Shown here piece by piece: positions 10,828-20,880 of a stretch of 38,178 nucleotides of DNA. Both the position numbers and the translations under genes were made by a program. The notes beneath the pieces were generated by a model. It saw only the letters and a list, made by a program, of their open reading frames with translations, was not told the origin of the DNA and did not search any database. The DNA is taken from positions 103,926,078 to 103,964,255 of the forward strand of contig NC_068986.1 in NCBI RefSeq assembly GCF_001194135.2. Direction: 5' to 3'. This DNA is from Octopus bimaculoides (Eukaryota). How positions within the stretch are numbered: position 1 is the first letter of the stretch; the number at the start of each line of letters is the position of its first letter.

Positions 10828-10980
10828 TTATTATTATTTTTTTTTTTTATATAATTTTAAAATCATTTTCATTAAATTTCTTCTGAAATTGAAATGTCTT
10901 GCATTTACTTTTAGTGCAATTTTCACTTCCATCATTTATGTATGTATGTATGTATGTATGTATGTATGTATGTATGTATG

Positions 10981-11018
<38 letters not shown>

Positions 11019-11974
11019 CATGTATGTACCAAGTGNNNNNNNNNNNNNNNNNNNNNNNNNNNNNNNNNNNNNNNNNNNNNNNNNNNNNNNNNNNNNNNNN
11101 NNNNNNNNNNNNNNNNNNNNNNNNNNNNNNNNNNNNNNNNNNNNNNNNNNNNNNNNNNNNNNNNNNNNNNNNNNNNNNNNNNNNNNNNNNNNNNNNNNNN
11201 NNNNNNNNNNNNNNNNNNNNNNNNNNNNNNNNNNNNNNNNNNNNNNNNNNNNNNNNNNNNNNNNNNNNNNNNNNNNNNNNNNNNNNNNNNNNNNNNNNNN
11301 NNNNNNNNNNNNNNNNNNNNNNNNNNNNNNNNNNNNNNNNNNNNNNNNNNNNNNNNNNNNNNNNNNNNNNNNNNNNNNNNNNNNNNNNNNNNNNNNNNNN
11401 NNNNNNNNNNNNNNNNNNNNNNNNNNNNNNNNNNNNNNNNNNNNNNNNNNNNNNNNNNNNNNNNNNNNNNNNNNNNNNNNNNNNNNNNNNNNNNNNNNNN
11501 NNNNNNNNNNNNNNNNNNNNNNNNNNNNNNNNNNNNNNNNNNNNNNNNNNNNNNNNNNNNNNNNNNNNNNATATATATGGTGAGTGGGGGACAAAAGAGA
11601 GTGACACAGACAAAGAGATAGATAGAGATATATAGATAAAGTCTGTACATAATGAAAAATCTTTCTGAATTGCATTAAATTCAAGTATTATCTATCGTCT
11701 GCTTACAGTTGGTCACGTGTGATACATACTATGTAAGTTGTTAGAAATAAGGATTTCTAACTGAGGCGCCAGTTCAGCAGTTTTGAGGGGAGGAGAATAA
11801 TCGATGCCACTGATCACAATACTTTACTGTGCTTTATGCTATCGATCCCGACCTCAGAATGTAAAGATCCGGAATAAACATCACAAGGTTGTTTCCCCCG
11901 ACTCTCTAACATTTCTATCAACTTGCCCCCATGACATCTTGAAATCCTAAACATAAGCGGTTGTAGGCGATTAC

Positions 11975-12370
11975 TCTGTCTCTTTACTTGTTTCAGTCTT
12001 TTGACTGTGGCCATGCTGGAGCACCGCCTTTTAGTCGAGCAAATCGACTCCAGGACTTATTCTTTGGAAGCCTGGTACTTATTCTATCGGTGTCTTTTGC
12101 CGAACCGCTAAGTTACAGGGACGTAAACACACCACCATCGGTTGTCAAACGATTTTAGGGGGACAAACACACAAACATTTACACTCACATACATATATAT
12201 ATACATATATACGACGGGCTTCTTTCAGTTTCCATCTACCAAATCTACTCACAAGGCTTTGGTTGGCCCGAGGCTATTAGTAGAGAACACATGCCTAAGG
12301 TGCCACGCAGTGGGACTGAACCCGGAATCATGTTGTTCGTAAGCAAGCTACTTACCGCACAGCCACTCCT
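11975..12370 (-). mobile_element. tRNA-headed SINE (family 1), full length
   Basis: Reverse-strand head GGAGTGGCTGTGCGGTAAG...GGTTCAGTCCCACTGCGTGGCACCTT (A and B boxes), internal (CA)/(TA) microsatellite; matches 35600-36070. Confidence 0.85.
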
Positions 12371-12562
12371 AGATTATTAATATTTTATTTAAATCCACCG
12401 ATGTCGACCTTACCTTGCAGCCATTCGGGTTTTCGATAAAATAAATACCAGTTGAGCATTGGGAACGATGCATTCAACTTACCCCACCCCCGCCAAATAA
12501 AATTGCTGACCTTGTGCCAACATTGGAAGCCAATATATCATTTAATTTCTTTTTTTTTACAG

Positions 12563-12742
12563 ATGATCCTCTCTGTAACCCATTCGCATACGGAAATAAC
12601 CGTGACCCACAAGATTGTACTAGGTATATTCCTTGCTACAACCGAACCTCTTATCCGTCCATGGCATGCCAAGCCGGTCTTTACTTTAGCGTCCAGCTAC
12701 AAAGATGTACCACTCCCACAGAATCCGACTGTAGGATCCGTT
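12563..12742 (+). CDS. Gene A exon 2: peritrophin-A/CBM14 domain 2 (180 nt, phase 1-1)
   Basis: Acceptor tttttttttacAG at 12561-62, donor T|GTGAGT at 12742/43; (N)DPLCNPFAYGNNRDPQDCTRYIPCYNRTSYPSMACQAGLYFSVQLQRCTTPTESDCRIR; C-x13-C-x5-C-x10-C-x12-C-x7-C. Confidence 0.92.
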
Positions 12743-14237
12743 GTGAGTATTTGTTTTTTTACTTTTTATTGTTATTTTTATTTTTGTTCCTTCTATCACA
12801 TCTGTTTCTTGTGATGAAACTCCGAAAATTTCGTAGTATAGCAGTCCTAAAATCATATTCTCTAAACATTTATGTTCGTTGTTCGGTCGTGAATTTCTCC
12901 ATGGTTAATCTCCAACGGCTTCTTTATAAACATTGTGAAGTTAATTTATAAGAAAACGAGAAAAAAAGGATATTTAAAGAAATATAATTTCAGTGCGGAA
13001 GTCATCATAGCCATTCAAAAACAAGCAACAACTGTAAACTCGAACTAACTGCGTCATAATCAGAACTACGGTTCCACTGCGTCCTTAACATCCCAGAACT
13101 TTTAGTAGCCTCTGTATTTTCAAAAGAGCGAAAAATTAAATTCTCAAATATTTCTATTTTCCCCTAAACTACAAGTAAATAAAAGCGTCCGAAACATGAT
13201 TCCTTCGAAGAATCTTTGGAGTAATGTTACCCGATGGGGTGCATAGTTCAGAGTTGGGTCATTAAAACTTCCTTTTAATATCTCTGATGCAAACTTTCTA
13301 TCATCCTTTATATATTTTCGACTAAAATTACGTGAACATGTCGCAAATATAGAATGCAAGGCTAAATGCGTAACAGTATTTACAATGTTTCGATATTATA
13401 AAATCAAAGTTCAAATCCTCTAACAGTTTTATTTCTCTTTGAACTGTCTTGCATCCATTAAGGAAATATAGATTATGCAGTTTAATTTCACGAACTGATC
13501 TTTTATAATTAAATTTAAATTTCAAATATACATTACAATCAATGCCGATATAACTCAGCCAAATCTCTATTGAGGTCTTCGTTTCTGGTATAAACAAATT
13601 CATGTCACTTAACTCACCAACCTTTTGAGTATAAGGACGTTATATACTTCTTTATTTGTCATAAATACACATCGTTGACAGGTATGATTCAAAAACAAAA
13701 TATATAGCTAAAAACAACACAAAAATGTCCCCTGGGCAGCGATTCTCGCGAATGCCAGGTGCATTTTGGCCTCCTTGGACATTGTCAATCATGTGTAGCC
13801 AGTAATGTGCATAGATGATGTCTGTTCTCCCGGATATAAAGGAAACAGGGAATAATATATGCACTGATATTGCGAATAGCCGACGAGCTGAATAAAACTT
13901 CGGTGTACGGAGGGCAGAATGTATGTGGCGTTCTCATTACTTTCCTTAATATATTGTGCTTACACTACATGTCTGTGAAAAGGTTTTTTTCACAGAGGGA
14001 AATCTTCAGTATCCAATCTCTCACCGGTTTATATGCGATAAGTATAATGCAGAGATTTTAATTTAATGCCGTTTCAATCGCGTACACCAAGAATATATGT
14101 CCCGGACGTATATTCCTCTGATCCACAGTAGCATCGTTTTATGTAGCAGATCTTGCAGTATTTTTAACAGATGAAGTTAACTGAAATCATTTTACTCTTT
14201 AAAAACCCGTGTTTGTTTATTTAATTTTATTTTTCAG

Positions 14238-14365
14238 AAATCACTTTGAGCTTCCGAAATGATCCCTACCAACGAATTCATATAAAAAAACCCGATGCGA
14301 GCGTCGAACCTGAGATAATTTCAATTGCATTTTTATAGAAAAATAAAGTGCTTTAAAACATAATT
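14238..14365 (+). other. Gene A terminal exon 3 (last two nt of split TAA stop, then 3' UTR)
   Basis: Acceptor ttttatttttcAG at 14236-37; exon begins AA, completing T|AA; AATAAA at 14342-47 followed by U-rich sequence; homologous exon in gene B. 3' end position approximate. Confidence 0.75.
14342..14347 (+). terminator. Polyadenylation signal of gene A
   Basis: AATAAA ~105 nt after the stop, conserved in gene B. Confidence 0.7.
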
Positions 14366-15207
14366 CACTGCGTCGTCTTTTCATTTATTTGCTTTCGTAT
14401 TTATTGCCATTATACAACAGAATTTATTGAAATTTAAATTAAAAATATAAATAATTTTTTATGTATTCTACTCAATATAGACAAACGTTAACAAGTTTGA
14501 TGAAACAACCGATTGCTGTCATGTATTTTTGTTTCTTTCTTAACTTCAGGAAAACAGCTTGGTTTTACAACTTCTGGCCATGTGGCTTCACAATATATTT
14601 ACATTTGTAGCCAGTGACTTGACTGAATTTCTCCATTTGTCTAGGCCGTATTGCAACGTGTACACTGATATTTAGATAGAACAATAAGTCTAACACCCTA
14701 AAACACTTTAAATGATCATAAATAAAACAAAAATATATTCCTTTGATCAAACACTTTTCAATCATGTTGGTCCAGTAAGAGACATTCTACTGAAAATTAT
14801 TCCATATTTACTGCTGGATTTGATCCCAATTTTAAACTGAGCAATAGATAATACCTTCTAAAGTCTTCTTTGCTCTATTATCTCTCCTATATTGTAGACG
14901 TGAGCTGTGGGTATTCCTTCTGTGTTAACAAACGTATTCATAGTCGATCAACCTGTTTGGTTACAACAGTTAATAATCATGTTTTTTTAATGAGTATAAG
15001 AAACGTTCCAGATATATTCACACAGTGAAGAACATTCAACATTAGTTAATTAGCAACTTTAAACTAATACTGTTAATCATTCCGTCGTCTAAGGTACAAG
15101 ATACGAGGAATGTCTCGATGTTATTAGATCTCTTCGGATCAGTATAAACTTTGTAAGCTTTGAAACTTTATCATGTCAAAAAAGATTAAACCGGTTAACT
15201 TAGAGAT

Positions 15208-15614
15208 TTGTTATTGTTGTTGCTGTAGTTGTTGTTGGCACTCCGTCGCTTACGACGTCGAGGGTTCCAGTTGATCCGACCAACGGAACAGCCTACTTGT
15301 GAAATTAACGTGCAAGTGGCTGAGCACTCCACAGACACGTGTACCCTTAACGTAGTTCTCGGGGGATATTCAGCGTGACACAGAGTGACAAGGCTGGCCC
15401 TTTGAATTACAGGCACAACAGAAACAGGAAGTAAGAGTGAGAGAAAGTTGTGGTGAAGGAGTACAGCAGGGTTCGCCACCATCTCCTGCCGGAGCCTCGT
15501 GGAGTTTTAGGTGCTTTTCGCTCAATAAACACTCACAACGCCCGGTCTGGGAATCCAAACCGCGATCTTATGACCGCAAGTCCGCTGCCCTAACCACTGG
15601 GCCATTGCGCCTCC
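15208..15614 (-). mobile_element. tRNA(Arg)-like-headed SINE (family 4), full length
   Basis: Reverse-strand head GGAGGCGCAATGGCCCAGTGGTTAGGGCAGCGGACTTGCGGTC...GGTTTGGATTCCC, (AAC)n tail; second copy at 29233-29367. May correspond to the octopus OR-type SINEs (not verified). Confidence 0.8.
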
Positions 15615-15964
15615 CAACTTAGCGATATCAGGCTCATTAGAAACATTAGTTCTGTTACTATTTATATATTTAATGATATTAACATTAAAAAATGCCTAAT
15701 TAAACTTGTGATGAGGTGAGTAAACTTAAAAGCAAAGCAAAGTCGAAATAAGGAAGTATTTGTTTCGGCTCTTTGCGTATTGGGTTCAAATCTCAGAGTG
15801 GTCAACATTGCTTTAAATCCTTTCATGGTTAATAAAATAAAGTACCAGTCAAGTACCGACAAACCCCCTCCTAACAAATCTGCTGGTCTTCTGCTAAAAT
15901 TTGAAACTATTATCATTACAACGTTTATGGTAAGGAAATAAGAGAAAATTTCGACTTAATATCA

Positions 15965-17497
15965 GACTGAGCCGCAAAAGAAACGTGAGGTTTTCAGATA
16001 TCATTCTTATATGATATATTCTGAAAATTTATTTCCAGGGTGTAAGTGAAAATATTCCAAGTCATGCTGGTTTATGGCTGAGACACAAATTGCAGGTAAC
16101 CTTTTGAAGTTTCTCTGAAACGAGAAGCCAAAAGGCACTTGCGTTGAATACCGTGGGTTGCAGTCGGAAACAGTTGTCATGAAGACCAAAATGCACGTGC
16201 ATCTTATGGAGATTATGGATGTAAGTATCAGCTTGAACTGTATTCCTGACATTCTTAATTTGGACGCATCAAGTATGACCCGAATGTCAGCAGCGCAGAG
16301 ACAACAAGCTATCGGTCGATTGCAAGCAGGGCAGCTTGCCGAGGTTGTTGCGAAAGCTCACAATGTCTGTCAGCAACATCTATCGCCTCCAATAGAGATA
16401 CAACACCAACAGCACTGCAGAATGTGCCCGCAGAGGGCGCCCCCGGTAACCACGCCCCGACAGGGCCGCTTCATTCACCTGCAACACCTCCGTGGTCGTC
16501 TCAGACCGGCCAGCACGACAGCCCACGAGACCATTGGCACTGGACAGCGAGCCATCAGTGACGACACAGTATTACGTCAATTGGCCACCAACAACCTTTC
16601 ATTGCCCTTGTCCTGCTCGAGGACTTGCCCTCACTGCCTACCACCGTCAGGCAAGACTACAGTGGGCTACAGAGCACTGAAATTGGCAGCATCAACATTG
16701 GAGGTCGATAGTCTTCTCTGATGAGAGTCGGTACTGCGTTTCCATCTCGAATGGCAGATTGAGGGTGTGGCGTAGGAGGAGTGAACGCTCGAGACGCATT
16801 TGTCATGGAGAGAGCTGCATGGTGTGGCCATAGCATCATGGTTTGGGGTGCTAATGACCTGAATAAGAGAATTGTGTTCCATGTGTTCCAAAATGCGGGT
16901 GCAGGCAGGGGGAATGGCATCACAGCGCAATGCTACGTTGACTAGATCCTAAGACCTCACACCGTTCCCTTCCTCGTACATCATCATAGCCACGTGGTCC
17001 AGCAGGACAATGCTCCCTCCCACACGACCAGTGTCACCATGGACTTCCTGCGTCAGTACATCACCAGGACCATGCCGTGGCCGTCTCTCAGCCCGGATTT
17101 GAATCCAATTGAAAACCTGTGGAATGAAATCCACAGACGGCTGAACTAGGTGGTCTCAAGGCCGACATTTTGTGTGGACCTGGAGGCAGCTTTCCTCAGG
17201 CTGTGGTCACAGGTGCCAATGGGTTTTGGGAACCGCCTCATGCACTCCATGTACCGAAGTTGTATGGCCGTTTTGAACACCCAGGGAGGACATACACAGT
17301 ATTGAACATGTCATGCCCTACAATCTTGATGTGCCGGATCCGCCCACTACCAGGTCACATAACAACGACCCATAGACTTGTCAAAGTGCATCCATGAAAT
17401 TGACTTTATCAGATTTATCAAAATTTATCTCTGACATAATGAAATTAAAACGTATTTCACAGTCAAACATTTCTTGCGTTTCATTTGCGGTTCAGTG
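15965..17497 (+). mobile_element. Tc1/mariner DNA transposon, DD34E transposase pseudogene (coding ~16275-17305)
   Basis: 21-bp TIRs, 18/21 match (15965-85 vs 17477-97); HTH MTRMSAAQRQQAIGRLQAG, RLQWATEH, IVFSDESRY, SIMVWGA, QQDNAPSH-x-PDLNPIENLW with 34 residues between D and E; frameshifts and stops. Confidence 0.93.
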
Positions 17498-18224
17498 TTT
17501 GTTTACTTAAGTTCTGATAACATTGAAGCAGCCATTGCCTTCAATTCTTTCACCATTATCTTCAACCTCTGAACATTAACATTTTAATTTCGTGAACACT
17601 TGGGGCCGGTTATCCGATTTGCCTGGCATATGTGTCCGATATCAGAACAAACATCCTGGATGGGACGCCAGTCCATCGCAGGATTACTCAATAATGAGTG
17701 AATTGGATCAACGCGAAACGAGGAACACAAAATACCGCTCGGTCCAGGCAGCACCAAAATAATAATCTTCCGATCGTGAGTGCAACACCCTAAGCATTAG
17801 GTTACGCACCTTCATTCCCTCATTCTTTCATTCTTTCGGTAAAAGACGAAAAATAAAACAAAGTCACAAAGTTGACTGTTACGTGATCGAGTCTGTTGAA
17901 AAATAAGTGCAATCCCCACCACATGCATCGGTATATCTAAGTCAATGTATGAAATGAAAAGATAACTTAGAGCTGGCATAGTTAAAACAATAGAAACGTA
18001 ATTAGAAATATTTACGCTGTGATTAAAACCACTTTTATTATTTGTCAACTTATTGTTCATTTTTTAAAATTTCTCGCTTTCCAATATGACATGACATTCA
18101 GGTCTTTGTTGCAAATGAAAACGAATTGCAACGGGTAAACTTGCTTCCAAGCCATCAAGTAATCTCAGAATGTTTATGAGAGATCCTGACTTCATATGGA
18201 TGCTCCGAACTATACAATTCCTGT

Positions 18225-18775
18225 TTTAGATGATTTTGCTTGTTAATGCCAGTTGTAAAAGTCCACGGCGGCCTCCCTCTTTTCTTGGCAGATAAAGTAG
18301 ATTTATATCTGCTTTAGGGTGGTTCATTCTATGCATTGTCAACAGTTTTCGTAAATTTCTGTCAAGATTACATATTTCAGTAATTGACCAGTTAATGATA
18401 TTGAAACCAGTCACGACTGGTATGGCTAATGCATTAATCGCTTCGACCCTGTTTCTTGCATTCAGCCCTGTCTTAAGTATTAGTCTCACTCTGCGATAAC
18501 ATTCTCTCCTGATCCTTTCCCTCATCACTGAATTTCTGATTCCGTCCCCTTCAAGTACCCCTATGTATTTGCAGCTCTCCGCTGGTTCTAAGTATTTTAT
18601 GACATTCTGCTGGTCAGGGTTAACGTTAGATGTTTCTGTCATGCTTTCCTTTGATAAAAGTAGCTTTTGCACATTTATCGAGACCAAATTACATCCTGAT
18701 GTCATCACTTAGTTGTTTAACAAGATTCCTTGTCACTGTTCAAATTCAGTGTTGTTCTCCATGATCTCATATTTA
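18225..18775 (-). mobile_element. R4/Dong-like LINE internal fragment (RT thumb region)
   Basis: KYIGVLEGDGI...RECYRRVRLILKTGLNARNRVEAINALAIPVV...LLYLPRKEGGR; similar to 2793-3170. Confidence 0.85.
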
Positions 18776-18780
18776 CAGAC

Positions 18781-18841
<61 letters not shown>

Positions 18842-18845
<4 letters not shown>

Positions 18846-19186
18846 TAAACGTATCTGTCAAGACCTACCAAAAACAGCAAATATAAAGATCTTGAAACAG
18901 AAATTAGCAAAATGTGGAATCTGAAGACGATAACAATACCTATTGTCATAGGTGCCCTGGGAATGACAGCGAAACGGGCTGATTACTACCTAGCTCAGAT
19001 ACCAGGAAACCCCAAAATGGCTGAAGTTCAAAAGATAGTGCTCATGGGAACTGCCCATATCCTACGTAAAATACTGTCTATGAGATCACAAATTTTAAAG
19101 CAAACACATAATTTTCTTATGGTTTCTTAAACATTCACTTGAACAAAACTGTACAAATCCAAATATATGGTACCCTAGGCATAACA
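18842..19186 (+). mobile_element. R4/Dong-like LINE 3' fragment flanked by (AAT)n on both sides
   Basis: MWNLKTITIPIVIGALGMTAKRADYYLAQIPGNPKMAEVQKIVLMGTAHILRKIL; (AAT)n at 18781-18841 and from 19235. Confidence 0.85.
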
Positions 19187-19234
19187 NNNNNNNNNNNNNN
19201 NNNNNNNNNNNNNNNNNNNNNNNNNNNNNNNNNN

Positions 19235-20045
<811 letters not shown>

Positions 20046-20057
20046 CAAAATATTTTT

Positions 20058-20627
20058 TAAGTATAGCTTAACTAAATATCAATGTAAATATAATTTTAGA
20101 GAGAAGTATGCAGTGAAACCACGTTGATATGAAGCCATTGACTTTGGGACTCACTGGACGCTAAGATAGGAGGCGGAGAGTGATGGAGAGAGAGCGAGAG
20201 AGCAGGTGAGTGGAACAGGAAAAACAAAGATGAGACAGTAAGAGAAGAGAGGGACAAACGAGAGAGAAAGGAAAGTAGAAGTGAAAGAGAAGGGATACAA
20301 AGGAAACACAAGAAGTAGAAGACATAGAAGTAGGAGAGAGAGGGGGAGAAGAGGAATAGACAGAGAAGAATGAGTGAAAAATTGATATGAATCAAGTCAA
20401 TAAAACAGCATGTTATGGGATTCACCATATAACAAAGAAAAACGCTTGCGTGCATGCGCGCGTGTCTGTGTGTGCCTGTATGTGTGCATGTGTGCGTGTG
20501 TGCATATGTCTGCATGCGACGAATATGAGGAAAAGGAAATAAGGCTTGAAACAAAGGGTATGGTAGAGTGTTATACAGAGAGAGTGAACGATTGTATTGT
20601 AATTAATGGACGAAATAAGTTGTCCAG
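20058..20627 (+). repeat. Direct duplicate of gene A upstream region 5997-6569 (includes GA-rich tract)
   Basis: gtatagcttaact...gagagaagtatgc.gtgaaaccacgttgatatga and ccatataacaaagaa...gaatatgaggaaaag.aaataaggctt present in both. Confidence 0.9.
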
Positions 20628-20880
20628 CAAGGTTCTTCGGTGGAGGTTCATGAGCTTAAAGAATGGAGACCAAATAATGAATCGTTTAAACAATAACCCG
20701 AAGCATTTCCGCCAAACCAAAACCTTGACCTCACTTTAACCCTGTCGACAGACTATATAAGAAACATTTTAAGGGATCTGAGTCACATTTACAGAGGTTA
20801 CCCGTCTCTTGTGATAGAAACATTGCAAAGCAATTCGTCAAAAATCTGTTTGACTTTACAACTGATAAAGTCTTGCGAGA
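20628..20880 (+). promoter_or_regulatory. Core promoter and 5' UTR of gene B
   Basis: 122/140 nt ungapped identity to 6570-6709; TATATAA 20754-60; TGAGTC at the Inr position 20779-84; TGATAG 20812-17; TGATAA 20863-68. Confidence 0.8.

Larger units (their letters stand above)
13470..14960 (+). repeat. Direct duplicate of 21605-23128 (last intron end, terminal exon and 3' flank of genes A and B)
   Basis: Colinear matches such as ataaatacacatcgttgacaggtatgattcaaaaacaaaatatata and tgatcaaacacttttcaatcatgttggtccagtaagagacattctactgaaaattattcc. Confidence 0.92.

Noticed and set aside
10284-11684. ORFs dominated by X (also 29315-30020, 31583-32449, 32924-33232)
   Set aside because: Artefacts of N gaps.
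12514-12951. 145-aa ORF starting MPTLEANISF, and 72-aa ORF 35099-35317
   Set aside because: These are exon 2 plus flanking intron; the upstream start codons lie in intron/SINE sequence and are not conserved between paralogues.
14565-14765. 'Conserved' minus-strand ORF MIEKCLIKGIY... repeated at 22742-22930
   Set aside because: Similarity is explained by the DNA duplication; there is an indel near the end, no motif and no splice or promoter support.
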